Positions 25,816 to 40,515 of a stretch of 64,000 nt of DNA are shown piece after piece. Position 1 is the stretch's first letter. The number at the start of each line of letters is the position of its first letter. A model generated the notes under the pieces. That model was given only the letters and a program-made list of their open reading frames with translations. It was not told the DNA's origin and did no database searches. The position numbers and the translations under genes were made by a program. The DNA comes from Octopus bimaculoides (lineage: Eukaryota), in assembly GCF_001194135.2 (NCBI RefSeq), contig NC_068985.1, forward strand, positions 105,321,218 through 105,385,217, in the 5' to 3' direction.

Positions 25816-26669
25816 CTCCTTGAGATCTGTTCCGTGTACCACACGACAGCAGCAGCAGCAGCAGCCGGCGACACATCAACAGCTTCGTCTAACGATGACC
25901 ACCAACGACGCCGCCACATCAGCAACACGATTCTACGATTACTACTAATCAGCATCAATCTCCACCAGCGTCAACACGACTTTCTATGTACACCAATCCA
26001 AACCACCGCGGCACATCTCTCTCTTCGATTCTGTTAGGTGATTCAGCTTCACCACGATAAATAAACTGACAAGAGAATTTCAGTCAGCGACGAACATCTG
26101 TATAACGAAGAATCTGCCCTGGCATCGAAGCCAAAACACAACTAGTGATAAACTCTGCCAAACATAAACTTCTTTCACATACAGACTCATACTAATGTGT
26201 ACTCTAAGAACTGGTATAAATGCTCACGGTTACTGACTCTCTTTCTATCTGCTGTAATATCTCACATACACATACATGTATCACTCACATACACACTTTT
26301 CTTTGTACGACGGCCTGTCTTTGATTATGTTCTTATATGTCGCATTCACACTCTCACATACACATACATCTTTAACGCCATAATAAATATCTCTGTTATT
26401 CATTTTCTATCGGTTGTCTTTATCGTCTCATTACTGGCTATTTATGTTATCGTAGTATAACATTTATGTATATCATCATTGATATATAATTTTGTGTTCG
26501 ACCGTGTGACGCGTTTAAAATAAAAGGAGTCCTTGTTTTTCCATTCGTCACCATTTCTCCTTTTTGAGTTCGCACGGTCGTTCTTACAGTATCATCCAGG
26601 CAGCATCTGTTAAACAAGAGCAGTAAAAATAAATATATAAACGCAGTGCGGAAAAGTGAAGTGAGCGAC

Positions 26670-27410
26670 ATTGTACGAGTTGGCAGTGAGCTCCTCAAGA
26701 AGCACTCTCTTCCTGATGATCTTCAATACAGCCCCGAAACAGTGGGGCTCTCTTACCTCAGGGAAGACCTGGATGAAAAGCAATCAGTATACAAGAAAAA
26801 AAAACTATGCATGGGTATGTTGCCCGGAAGCTTGAAGAAGACAGTAGAATTGACACGAAGCGCAGCCTCTCTTGGACACAAGAACACTACATCACATCAC
26901 ACTTTGAGGGTTATGTATTTGCAATGCAGGAACAGATTGCAATCCAGGAGATTGCCACAAGGTACTTGGTGAACAAGAGAAACAGTGACGCTCTTGTAAT
27001 CCCAAGGTGCAACCGCATGTGTAGGCTATGTCATATTTCTGTGGAAGACATCACGCATGTGATTAGGAGCTGTCCTGAAATGTCGCCACGGTACTACCTC
27101 CCTATGCGGTACGATGTTCTTGCTAAAACAATTTACAATGCCAGTCGCAAAAAAAACAAACTGTCCTGAAATAAACTTGGAAAATCCCTCTGTTGTGGAA
27201 TACATTCATAAACACCAACTCAAGGAATGCTGGTGGAATATTCCCATCAAAACTTCTGTCAAATGTAAATATAATAGGCCGGATATTATTGTTTGGGACA
27301 GAGGGGCAAAGGTATGTACCATCATAGAGGTCAGCTTCCTTGAAAATATAAATATCTCTTTGAAAATCAAAGAAAAATAGGATATCTATGGACAACTGCT
27401 TCGAAACATG
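26670..27410 (+). mobile_element. R4/Dong-like non-LTR retrotransposon fragment (CCHC knuckle plus restriction-like endonuclease)
   Basis: HFEGYVFAMQEQ..CRLCHISVEDITHVIRSC..LPMRYDVLAK; ECWWNIPIKTSVKCKYNRPDIIVWDRGAKVCTIIEVS..KIKEK*DIYGQL. Frameshifted. Confidence 0.85.
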
Positions 27411-28627
27411 TATTATTACTGATACAGTTGTCTATGTTAGTAAATATCTAAGTGCAAACTTCAAAAGGGTGGGGTTTTTGTTGAGGTAGATAAAAGTGAT
27501 CAGCTAATATGCTCTTTTCAGATATATTTTGTAAGTGAAATAGTAAAAGTACACAAGATTTTTCTAAAGTTTAGTGTGTAAATTTTCAGTTTTTGTTATC
27601 TAAACTCTAACTCATCATTATGAAAACAACTCAAATAAATAAGAATGAAAGATAAAATACGTGTTATTAGTTAGAAGTGAACTCCCCAGAAAGTAATGAG
27701 CTATTGATGATGTTACAATAATAACTACTGGATGAACTTAACGTGATAAAGACACGAAGGAGAAATATTCTCCTTACCATCAAAAGGTTATTCATGGGTA
27801 TGTTGCTTTTGTTTTATGGAAATTTTAGACGGATACTAATATCTACTGGTGTGTAGCCTTCCTTAGACTCACCACTGTTACACCACGTTATACTTCGAAG
27901 GTTATGCCTTCACAAAGCATAAGCAAATGATATCTACTAAATCGTTGTTGAATAAAAGAGACAGTAAAATACATGAACAGCCGAAATGTGACTAAATATG
28001 TCGATTAGGATACATATCTGCTGATCATATTACACGTGTGAATAGCAGCTGCTCCAAAATGTCACCAAATCGCCATTTTCCGATGACACTGTCTTTAAAA
28101 CAATAAACAATACTATCTGTAGAAAGGAATGTCCTACGATAAAGATAAAAATAGCATTTTTCTGTTAAGTATATTTATGAAGCCTACTACATTTCTATGA
28201 ATATTCAGATTTCAGATTTTGCAAATGGCTATAAGGCTCGCTTTCCCCCTCGTTCGATTAAACTATCCAATCATCCTTAAAAGTCTTTACCTGTTGCAAC
28301 ATGAGGTTTTTTTTTCTATTTTTTGTCTCGTTATTATTCCCCCACCATTTTGTCATTCATTTTCCTTAGAATTTCTATTCCTAGTAATAAGTATATTAAT
28401 ACACTCATGCACACACACCCATACATACGTACGTACGTACATACATACATACATACATACATACATGCATACATACATAGAAAGATACAGCCACACATAT
28501 ATAAATTCATGTTTGCAAACATTTCTAAGATTCTCCACTTAGATTTTCTAGAATGAATATATCACATATGTGACAACCATATATGTATGCATACATATAT
28601 GCTTACATAAATACATACTACCCTGCC

Positions 28628-28673
<46 letters not shown>

Positions 28674-29280
28674 GAATATATGCGTGCGTGTGTGTTATGT
28701 ATGTGTACGCATACAAAGTATACGCTATACAATTGACGTTTTAACTGCTTCGAGCTGTCTGTAAACTCTCTCACTCGACCCAATTTTCATTCTAAATCAT
28801 TCGAGATAATTTCCACTTACTGCATCATTTTTCACCCACTTAATAAAGTAAAAAAGAAAATATAAACAATATATTCTTATTCTGTCTTCATACATCCACC
28901 GATTTTTTTCTGAAACCAACATAAAATATAATTAAATTTAACATTTTAATTTATATGCTCCTGAAATGGGCCCCGAGAGAATTCAACCAGACTTCACAAC
29001 ACACTCTGGGGTTGAGGACAGGATCGTCCTTTCAATCAATCGTAATTTTGTAACTGCTGAACATTAGAGAATACAATGTATGATCATTGATATTTTTTAG
29101 AAAGAGTTTCGCTCTCGGCATTGTGAATTCAAATGAACTATACTTGTATTGTGTTTATATCTACAATACATAATTGCGAATGCACCAAAAATATTAATTA
29201 TATTAGGTGACATAAGCTTCGAGGGAGCCTTCTTCGTGCTCACTTCCTCTCTAAGATATAACAGTCAAATATCTGATCTT

Positions 29281-29482
29281 TTTATGTGTTTCATTCATAA
29301 GACTATGGCCATGCTGGGGCATCCCTTTGAAGGGTTTAGACGAACAAATCGTCCGCAGCACTTAGTTTTTCAAGTCTGGTATCTATTCTATCGTCACATT
29401 TGCCGAACTGCTAAGACGTAGACTAAATAATATCGGTTGTCCAGCGGTTGTGGGAAGGGGGCTAAAAACATAAGCATACACA

Positions 29483-29534
<52 letters not shown>

Positions 29535-29716
29535 CACACACATGTACACGCCCATACGTGTACATGGTGAGTTTCCACAATTTCCGTCTACCGAATTCCT
29601 TCAGAAGGCATTGGCCTCCCGGGACTGTAGAAATCTGTCCCAAGATGTCGTGCAGTGGGACTATTCGAAACCACGATGCTGCAAAACAAGCTTCTTAACC
29701 ACACAGACATGACTGC
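29281..29716 (-). mobile_element. SINE family B copy (near full length)
   Basis: GACTATGGCCATGCTGGGGC..., internal (CA)n, AAGCTTCTTAACCACACAG head. Confidence 0.8.
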
Positions 29717-30205
29717 ACCCACTTCGCGTTCATTTTTCCCTCATAGATATAACAGCTAAATATCCAATGAAAATTACAATATACGAAGCGTGCACACACA
29801 TGTTTTTAATTACGCTGTAGGTGTATTAAATTCAAGTGAATTATTGCAGCAGTCGAATCGTGTTAAAGATACATTACATAGTTGTCAAGACACCGAAAGT
29901 ATTACCTATGTTGGATGACATACGAGTATCTAGGGTGTTCCTTCATTTTCCCTTTCCCTCATGGGTTTAACAGTCAAAATGTCAAACCAATGACACAATA
30001 CAATTATTAAAAGTGCTCGAAGGGCACAGAAGTTAATTTTGTCCAAGATACCTAAAAAGTTAGGATGTTCATAGCTGGAATAACTTTAAGCATAGGTCGT
30101 TTTGATTAGAATTGATCTTGGACTATGCAGGAATTAAAATCTCTGAATGATTGATTTTGACCTGGGATTAGAAATAATTAAAGTCTCTGCGTGATTGATT
30201 TAGTT

Positions 30206-30772
30206 TTAGTACGCATGGTTGAGTGGTTAAGTAGACCGCTTTGTAATTACGTGGTATCAGGGTCAATCCCACTGCGCGGAACCTTGTATATATGAGATTA
30301 AATAAATGACTACACACACACAAACACAAGCACACACGCGCGTACTCAATCACACACACACACACACAAGCACACGCGCACGTACTAACTCTCACACACA
30401 CACACACACACACACACACNNNNNNNNNNNNNNNNNNNNNNNNNNNNNNNNNNNNNNNNNNNNNNNNNNNNNNNNNNNNNNNNNNNNNNNNNNNNNNNNN
30501 NNNNNNNNNNNNNNNNNNNNNNNNNNNNNNNNNNNNNNNNNNNNNNNNNNNNNNNNNNNNNNNNNNNNNNNNNNNNNNNNNNNNNNNNNNNNNNNNNNNN
30601 NNNNNNNNNNNNNNNNNNNNNNNNNNNNNNNNNNNNNNNNNNNNNNNNNNNNNNNNNNNNNNNNNNNNNNNNNNNNNNNNNNNNNNNNNNNNNNNNNNNN
30701 NNNNNNNNNNNNNNNNNNNNNNNNNNNNNNNNNNNNNNNNNNNNNNNNNNNNNNNNNNNNNNNNNNNNNNNN

Positions 30773-30807
<35 letters not shown>

Positions 30808-31020
30808 GCGTGTTTGTGTCTGTGTTTGTCCTCCACCATCACTTGACACCCGATGTTGATGTGTGTCTACGTCACCGTAACTTAGCGGTTCGACACAGAA
30901 CCGATAGTATAAGTACCTGGCTTGCAAAGAATAAGTCCAGGGATCAATTTCTTCGACTAAAAGGCGGTGCTCCAGCATGGCCACAGTCAATATACCTGAA
31001 AGAAATAAAAGAATAAAAGA
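30206..31020 (+). mobile_element. SINE family B head (30206-30286) and 3' body (30805-31020) separated by microsatellite and a gap
   Basis: GGTTGAGTGGTTAAG..GGGTCAATCCCACTGCGCGGAACCTTG; GTAACTTAGCGGTTCG..GGCGGTGCTCCAGCATGGCCACAGTC. Confidence 0.7.
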
Positions 31021-31044
31021 ATATATATATATATACATGTATGT

Positions 31045-31260
31045 ATTTGAGTCTGTTTGTACCCCACCACCACCACCAACACCATCGCTTGAAAACTGAT
31101 GTTAGTGTGTGTTTACGTCCCCATAACTTAGCAGTTCGACATAAAGAGCCCAATAGAATAAGTACTAGGCTTACAAAAAAATAAGTCCTGCGTCGATTTG
31201 TTCGACTAAAGGCAGTACTCCAGCATGGACGCAGTAAAATGGCTGAAACAAGTAAAAGAA
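31045..31260 (+). mobile_element. Second tandem SINE family B 3' body
   Basis: GTTTACGTCCCCATAACTTAGCAGTTCG..GTCGATTTGTTCGACTAAAGGCAGTACTCCAGCATGG. Confidence 0.8.
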
Positions 31261-31294
31261 TATATATATGATTGACCGTTGACTGAACACTATT

Positions 31295-31460
31295 CAATTT
31301 TTTTTCTCCTTGTCTCCGTATTCTTTCTGTTGAAGAGCGTAGCTCGAAACGTCAAAGACTTTCCGTATTCCCGAGCGTCATACTAATATATACTTTTGTT
31401 ATTTACACCACCTGTCCTCGTCTGTTGTTATTATTTGTATATTCTCCCATATATATATAT
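31295..31460 (+). mobile_element. Short dispersed element with a minimal hammerhead-like motif, copy 1
   Basis: TCTTT-CTGTTGAA-GAGCgtaGCTC-GAAAC-GTC-AAAGA at 31322-31358. Ends ATTCTCCC then (AT)n. Homologous to 43435-43615 and 32690-32740. Confidence 0.7.
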
Positions 31461-32308
31461 ATGCATGTATGTATGTACACACATTTAACATTACAAATGA
31501 CATATAGACACATACACACACACACATATACATATATACATACATACATATATGTATACATGTGTGTGTATGTGATGTATTTATGTGTGTATATCATATA
31601 TTATAGGGGTTACCTTTCGACAGTATAACCTTTGTTTCGACCTATAAGCCATAATTTACGTCACCAATGTATCAATATCTACTAGTTGTTGTCATTCTGG
31701 TAACCTTTTCTTTCTGTTAACGTTTGTCCTTCTCGTTTGGTGACCTAAATATTATTTTCATCGGTCGCTACAAACAAAGCATTTGATTTTCTGAAGCGAA
31801 CAAAAGGTGTTATAATCATGCTCCTTATACACTCCCACGTCATCAAATGTTCTCAGTACACCAAAATATCTTTCACCATGTTGTGTCATGTTTATATGAC
31901 ACCAATGCAACCAAATATCATTCAACGCCATAGTCAAGTGTATCTTGTATCGCAGACCAGTTGCGATTCCTGTTGCTATCTTAATAATGAAATATACCAG
32001 CGTGAACACATTCGAAGGTTACATCTAACAAATCAATGAATTGTCTGACTGCTAGGCTGAATTCAGATGGTTCATATCTCATCTCTTACGCGCATGTTGT
32101 GTCGTGGTTTTAAAACGTTTTCCTAACTAAGCTGATTGGCTTCACATTCAGTATATAATGGTAAGAAAAACTTATAGCAAGCAGCAGGAGCGCAACTTCG
32201 TAGCTAATGACTATTTTGTTATGTTAATTTTGAAAGTTAGAACTGACTCTATCATGGACTTGAGCAATGACAGCAGCAGCAAAACATCTGCCGACATCAT
32301 CATTATCA

Positions 32309-32353
<45 letters not shown>

Positions 32354-32648
32354 NNNNNNNNNNNNNNNNNNNNNNNNNNNNNNNNNNNNNNNNNNNNNNN
32401 NNNNNNNNNNNNNNNNNNNNNNNNNNNNNNNNNNNNNNNNNNNNNNNNNNNNNNNNNNNNNNNNNNNNNNNNNNNNNNNNNNNNNNNNNNNNNNNNNNNN
32501 NNNNNNNNNNNNNNNNNNNNNNNNNNNNNNNNNNNNNNNNNNNNNNNNNNNNNNNNNNNNNNNNNNNNNNNNNNNNNNNNNNNNNNNNNNNNNNNNNNNN
32601 NNNNNNNNNNNNNNNNNNNNNNNNNNNNNNNNNNNNNNNNNNNNNNNN

Positions 32649-32689
<41 letters not shown>

Positions 32690-32696
<7 letters not shown>

Positions 32697-32740
32697 AGAA
32701 TTCACAAATAAAAAACAAAAGACGAAGACAGGTGGTGTAG
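32690..32740 (-). mobile_element. Partial (3' end) copy of the hammerhead-bearing short element
   Basis: (AT)n-AGGGAGAATTCACAAATAAAAAACAAAAGACGAAGACAGGTGGTGTA is the reverse complement of the element end. Confidence 0.7.
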
Positions 32741-33319
32741 ACACACATATGCATACATATAAACATATGTATATATACATATGTAATTTATATATATCAA
32801 TAATTACAGAAAGCATAACATGTAATGAAGCCATGCTCACTCGTGGGTGACGGTTGGCAATTATATTACTATGCAAATAAACAGCAGTTTATACCAATTC
32901 CTTTTTAGTTGTGGTCTGGTTTACGATCATAACGTAGTGAGTTCAATTTTTGAATCGAGCAGTACGTTGTTTCCTTGATGGTCTATAAAATAACTCAAGT
33001 ACTACTGGGTTAGTCGCTATCGGCTAATTTTTTTTCTCACCTTTTCCTATAAATCCTTCTACTCCGCCGAACAAATTCATTTATACCATACTTAATTCGC
33101 ATATGTGGCTCCACCTACCATATGAAACATGATTGAGCAGAAGGTTTGAAGAAACCAAACTTGTTAACGTCAATAAGCTGAAACTTCAAAGATTTGATGT
33201 GACTGTCAACCTTTTTCTAGTAAAGCTATACATTAATGCGTTTATGTAAATAAACATGGATATGTTTTATTCTTTTATACGTTACAGCCCAAAGACTGTG
33301 GCCATGCTGGTTGGTTTTT

Positions 33320-34620
33320 GGTGAATGAGAGAGTTTGATATTGCTGCCCTTGCTTGAAATTCTTTCCGTGATGTAGGTTCATCAGGGAGCTTGGACAGTA
33401 GGAAGTTACAGTGCTTCTTGAAAATATTTATCCCGACTCCATGTAAATATCTCAGGTTTTATCTTGGTAAGATATTAAATAGCTGTGGGCCTTTGAATCC
33501 TAAGCTATTGTAGTACCTGGTCCTTACTCCCGGCGGGCTGGGTGGGACCTTTGGAACAGTGCAGTGGAGCTAGCTTTGTTCAGGAGCTGATGTGTCTCTG
33601 GACACCATGGTGCTGTCACTCAAGGATCTTACATATGTATATCATTTTATATCTCTACCATCTTCGCTCCAGGGAATAGAGTCATAATTCTTTCAGTCTC
33701 TCCAAGTAGTTTAATTGTTTCATTGAGGCAGTCGTCATAGCTGGTAAGAGTAGCTGCCTCTATAACTGACACCATATCTGAGAGGGCCACCACAAATAGC
33801 AGCAGCCAAAGCAATTTCCTGATGCAGTCCACTAGCTATTAATGTTTCCTTGCAGAAGGCTTCATTGTCTACTACAACCTGGCTTCTAACCACTCTCCCA
33901 ATTTACCCCCAGTCATGTAATCACTCTCCCGGTTTTCCAGCTATTCCGAATCCACTCGGCTTGTAGCATATCATCTTGTGATGAATCTCATCAAAGGCCT
34001 TTGTAAAATCGAGATATATCACAACTATGTTTGAGCTATTCTTAAATTGTTTCAATACCCAGTCATAATGTTGTATCAGCTGTGCAAGGCAGCTCCTTCC
34101 TGAGCTGTGTATCCTATGCTGTGTCATGAAGCAAGTTATTAACTTCTAGGAAAGTGTTCAGCTTCCTCCTGACACATCTTGCCAAGGCTTTGCTGACATG
34201 TGACGTTAGAGAGACAGGCCTATAATTTTTAATATCTGTTCTGCTTTTTCCCTTATGGAAAGGGCATATTATGCCCTCCTTTAACTTTTCAGGATGTCTA
34301 CTACTCGTGAGGAAGCTTTGGAATTGGATCTGGAGTGTTCTTGTCAAAGCCCTTTTTCCATTATTTTAGGAGTATTGCAAGAGATCTATCAGAGCCAATG
34401 GCTGAGTTTAAGCTAATTTCATTAATGGGTGATATTGCATGAGTTCCAGCAAGCTCGAAGAAAACGATAACTTCGTGTAGAGTTGTGGTGTCAAAGAATT
34501 CAGTGTTATATATATTTTCAAGTGTTCCAACGGAGATGCGAAAACACTTTTTTATATGCCTATAATTATCTGGATTTTTCCTGTAAGGAAGGAGTTGGTT
34601 TCTAACAAACATAGAAAGAT
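33320..34620 (-). mobile_element. CR1/L2-group LINE RT fragment with 3' end (internal deletion)
   Basis: KEGIICPFHKGKSRTDIKNYRPVSLTSHVSK, GRSCLAQLIQHYD, YLDFTKAFD, LLFVVALSDM..SYDD; 3' part SLGFKGPQLFNILP..PDEPTS..RAAISNSL. Confidence 0.85.
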
Positions 34621-36163
34621 CTGTCGTGTGTGTGTGTGTGCGTGTGTGTGTGCGAGTGAGTGTGTGCGTGTGTATGCGCGCGTGTGTGTTCGTGTGTGCG
34701 TGTGTGTGTTTAAATANNNNNNNNNNATATATATATATATATACATCAACACACACCTATCTGTATGTATAAACATACGTGTATGTTTGAACATATATGT
34801 ATGCACATTTTTATGTGTAAGTGTGTGTGTATACATACATGTATGTGTGTATGTATGTATGTCTGTATGTATGCACTTATGTATCTATGTACTTATGCAT
34901 AAAATTGATATAAGTGTTGGTGTAAACGGAGTGGGTGTCAGAGACAGCGATGGTGATATGTGTGGTGGAGTAGTGACAAAAGCACAATGGAATACGAAGT
35001 GCTATAGTGTACTGCAAAAGTTCAGTGGTGATGACGTCAAAGCTGGACAGCGTCAGATCTTATGACAATAATCTCGATGTCAGATGCTGTGTGGTTGATT
35101 AGCGCCAATAGTGGTGTCGACTTCTGCATTGATGATAGACATGATTATGGTGTGATAACCTGAACCTATTAAGAGTGTAAACACTTTATTATTTATTTTA
35201 TTCCTAACACCTCACGCGCTGTTGCCTTACCAAGCGCAGAGATGTTATATTCACATTTGTAATATATGTCTAAACGTGATAATTAGCTATTTTTTTTTAT
35301 GTATAAAACTCTGGAAGCTTTGAATTGATAGTGTTAAAATAAAATGACTTTTACTGCTACACATTACAAAATAACTGCGAATGAGAGGTGTCACCAATCC
35401 AAATTAATCATGTATGTACATGCCTTCTCTTCTTTCTTCTCCCTTTCTCTTCTTTTCTTCCATGTTTTTGCTTCTCTTCACGACTTTTGAATTTTTGGAA
35501 CTGTTATACTCCGTACGTCATTATTTTGCCTTTCTTTCTACTTTTCTTCTTTTTCTTTTTTGTTTTTTTTTCTCCTTTTTCCAGCTTTCCCTTTTACAAG
35601 TCCTTCCTCCTCCACCTTCTCCATCGCCTAAAGAAACACCTTTGCACGCTTTTTTTCCGCTGCTTTCAGCCTTCTATTAATCTTTCCCTACGGATTTTCA
35701 AAAAAAAAAAAAAAGAACGGTTCTCTAACCACGTTTCCTTTCTCAGTCGCTGCCTTCACCACCACCTCATCCCTGAAGTTTTCCACCTCCATTTCCACCC
35801 TACTTCTCAGCCTTCTTCTGCTATCCTACCTATANNNNNNNNNNNNNNNNNNNNNNNNNNNNNNNNNNNNNNNNNNNNNNNNNNNNNNNNNNNNNNNNNN
35901 NNNNNNNNNNNNNNNNNNNNNNNNNNNNNNNNNNNNNNNNNNNNNNNNNNNNNNNNNNNNNNNNNNNNNNNNNNNNNNNNNNNNNNNNNNNNNNNNNNNN
36001 NNNNNNNNNNNNNNNNNNNNNNNNNNNNNNNNNNNNNNNNNNNNNNNNNNNNNNNNNNNNNNNNNNNNNNNNNNNNNNNNNNNNNNNNNNNNNNNNNNNN
36101 NNNNNNNNNNNNNNNNNNNNNNNNNNNNNNNNNNNNNNNNNNNNNNNNNNNNNNNNNNNNNNN

Positions 36164-36237
<74 letters not shown>

Positions 36238-37393
36238 CATATCACAAAGGAAAAAGGGACTAAAAATCTTGGTGAATACTTTAAAAGCACTCTGTAGGGA
36301 TCAAATTTGCCTCACTAAATTGTGCAGAGAGAAGCATTTTACTCTACGTAGGCCGTAAATTTACTTTCTGATGCCTGTCCAATTTCTGAATCCAAAATTC
36401 AAACACTGAACAGATTCAATATAAGGTCACAGAGTTGACTAGAAAAACACAAAATAATACAGAATTATACATTTAATCAGCTTGCGCACGTTTCGGATAG
36501 ATGGGTAAATTACATAGTTCTGCTATATTGTAAACATACGTATTAATCTCTCATATTTCATCAACTAAGATTCTTCAGAAATTAAGAAATTTAACACCAT
36601 CCTGTCTTTGTCGAAGCTACACCACACTTGTATACCCCGTTCACAAGAAAACCATTTAAATTCGGTTAACCTTCTATATATCACTATCCATATTGCCTGA
36701 TGTCAACTTCACAGTCGCACACAAAGATGGAATTTGTATATGTGAACGCGTGTGTGTGTGTGTGTGTGTGAGTGTGCGTGTGTGAGTGGTTGTGTATGAG
36801 TACGTATGTGTTATGTGCATGTTTGTATTCTTCTCTATATGTCTGAGTACGTTTGTGCAGGATATTGAAAATACAAACGCTGCTAATTGGTCCCTTTCGA
36901 GAACGTTTTCCATTTGTTTCTATGTATGTATGTGTGTGTGTATGTATGTATGTATGTATGAAAGATACCTAGTTCTCGTGAGAATTTCCTTCTGATGTGG
37001 TGTTGGCTTAGATATGCCACTGGTTCTATAATTGATTGTACTTGAAAGTGAGTTCAGTGATGTGCAAATCCTCTCAAATCAAATTCACGCACAAGAGCTT
37101 CTTGATATCTCGGAACGTTTGCATGAACTTACTGTGTCTTAAGTGGTCTTACTTGGTCACGAATTGTTTTCCATCATATATATTTTCATCTTTTTTTTCA
37201 TTTTATCTAGTTTCAGCTCATGAGCTGTGGCCATGCTGGGGCACCGCCATTTAAAAAAAAGTGAAAAATTTTCGTAAAACCCCTTAGTGCAGGCCCTGGG
37301 TGATATTGAATCCTGCCCAAGATGTTATTGGTGTCGACATATGCCTTTACCCACAAGAGCACCGAGACATATATGTTTGTATATATATATGTT

Positions 37394-37456
<63 letters not shown>

Positions 37457-37469
37457 TAATAATGGCAAT

Positions 37470-37531
<62 letters not shown>

Positions 37532-38239
37532 GATCTATCTATCGAGCAGCCTATCTACATTCTATTTTTATTTAACGATCTGTTATCTTCCAATTTATTT
37601 AACTATTCTCATATATGTGCAATTCTGTTAGGAATTGATGCAGTTATCAGTTTCACTGAATTTCCTTGAAAGAGTTGCAAGAAAGAAGAATTGCTGTGGA
37701 AGCCTCTTTCTTCAAGAAATCTTATATTTTGCGTGACTTCAATGTCAATTAAAAAAAACAAAAAAAAAATCAGCAAACCATAATCAAAATATCCAAACCC
37801 ATATATCCATCAAATGTCAAAGAATATAGTTTATCTGCCAGTTGCTACAAACGTATAATTTATTATATTAAAGATATCCTTTTTCATGTAAATCCTGGAC
37901 ATGTGATACTATTTTCGTACTGAGCTATTTTTATAGCGATCTCTAAACTTGATTCGCCATTGCTATTTCTCTGTTCTCTGGAAAGAAAAAAGAAAAGCTT
38001 AGACAGCTTTGGCATATTTCCAACTCAGAATTATAGATAACTTAACAGCTCTTCGATTATCTGATCAGTTCCACAGTTTTACCAGTTTCCCCTCCTTACT
38101 TTGGTATAAATTTTCTAGATAGATTGAAACGGTTAAATGTGTTTTGTCCTGTCACTGGAGATGAATCCGTGAAATAAACATTGCGTTACCTTGATACATG
38201 AAACTACACAACCATTATTACGACGATATTATTCTGCTT

Positions 38240-38302
<63 letters not shown>

Positions 38303-38527
38303 CATACGCCTATATCATATATGCATACATACATGAATACACACGCGCACGCACATATATGTGTGCATGTATGTACACATATATATATACATACGTACAT
38401 ACATCCATATATACACATACATGCATATGTACATACATCTATGCATACACACATGCACACATACATATATACATATATACATATATACATATATACATAT
38501 ATACATATATACATATATACATATATA

Positions 38528-38595
<68 letters not shown>

Positions 38596-38649
38596 CATAC
38601 ACATACATATATACATATATACTCTTCTTTTCAGTGCTGCAGAGGTATG

Positions 38650-39290
38650 CTTTTGGTGACATACAAAGTGGTGTCAAATTCCAGCTTCGAACAACTAGTG
38701 GACTATTGAATCATCAGCATTTCAAAGCCAGAACACTGCTATTCACCAGTATCATTCGTGGTTTACTATCTGCAGATGATGCTGCACTAGTAGCGACCTC
38801 CTTAGAAGTTGCTCAGGAACTTCTAGACCGGTTTTCTGCTGCATGCAAAGCGTTTGGTTTAACCATCAACCCAAAGAAAACGGAAGTAATCCACCAACCT
38901 TGCCTTACTCCTAAACAAATTCGAGGTGTCAAGCAGAGGCCACCGGTTCACAATTTTCATTACACACCTATAAAGGTTGATGGGAAAAGCCTAAATTATG
39001 TGAGGTCAATTACATGTCTTGGCAGTAAAGTGAATTCAAGCGCTTCCCTTAATGATGAAGTCATCAACTGTCTTGCAAAGGCAACCAACGCATTTCTCAA
39101 ACTCCATTATCGCCTATGGAATGAAAGGGGCATTAAACTTGACACAAAAGTACATGTCTATAAAGCTTCCATTCTTACTACCCTCTTGTAAGGCTCTTGT
39201 AAGGCTGTTGCAGGACAATCTGTGATTATTCACTAAAAGACAGAGTTTCAAATGCCGATCAGTTTAGCAAGTGTAAGACTGGTAGAATCG
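38650..39290 (+). mobile_element. RTE (BovB-like) LINE RT fragment
   Basis: LLSADDAALVA..LLDRFSAACKAFGLTINPKKTEV..LGSKVN..LWNERGIKLDTKVHVYKASILTTLL. Confidence 0.9.
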
Positions 39291-39296
39291 AGAACT

Positions 39297-39371
<75 letters not shown>

Positions 39372-40458
39372 TTGCTAATATGCTAAAAAGCCGTATATCC
39401 AAATTTGGCCAAATGCGTATTTTCAATATTTACTTTTGCTTGCAACAGCCGGTTTTTTGGGTCAAACTATCGCATCTTCAGGTACTTCAGATGTCAGGAT
39501 ATCAAAAATTGTCAAAGTGTAGTACAAGGGTTTTGCTATGGAATGGTGGAGCTATTTTTTCGTTTTCTGAAAAAGCAGCGTTTTTTCCCAATAGCCACGA
39601 TATATATATATATTATATATATATATCATACAAATAATATGTGAGTATATGCATATATACGTACATGTATATACATACCTACATCTACATGTATATATAG
39701 ATCCATATCTGGGTACAGGACGTTGCAAAAGAACATGGACAAAATGAAAACAGAACATAAACAGAGCACAGAAAACAAACAGGCCACATGGAGAACATTT
39801 CTTTCATCAGCTGCCTCTATATATACTTATATATATATAAATATGTAGGTATGTATGCGTATGTGTGTACGTATGTATGTATGCATTCGACTCTATGCGA
39901 ATTAAAGTTTCGCAGGTAGCCGAATCGAACTAGTGGAGTACTATAATATTGAAGTGCAGTATGAAGGTGCCGAACATACTTGTATAATTAATAAAGTACA
40001 CTATATATATATATATGTCCTCCTGGGGCTAAAAGCAACAGTAACATCCACNNNNNNNNNNACATACATACATACATACATACATACATATGCATATATA
40101 CATACATACATGTATGTGTGCGTATGTGTGTATATATTCATTATGTGAAAGAATAAATAGCTTATTTGTCAGTTGCTGTGCACGCCTGTTGCTGTACTTG
40201 TGTCTGGTATAACAGTACTGTAACTTATTTATAGATCATTGTAGTCTGATTTGTTGCTTTCGCAGGAGTTTAAATTTATCCTTGATCATAATTTAAAGAG
40301 ATTCAACAAACAAAAATATTTTATGAGGTACAGTCACGGTACTCGACCAAGTAGATAATACACTTCGATAAGGAGAGATATCTGCCAGTTACATCTAACT
40401 CTACATCAATGAATTTCCATCGATATATTGACCATACACGCACACACACACATGTATA

Positions 40459-40515
<57 letters not shown>

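Noticed and set aside
26712-26742. CTGATGA...CGAAAC hammerhead look-alike
   Set aside because: No helix II pairing, and it lies inside the R4-like coding region
29195-29250. Minus-strand degenerate hammerhead-like string
   Set aside because: The core (CACGAAGA, GAAG) and the helices are too disrupted to support a call
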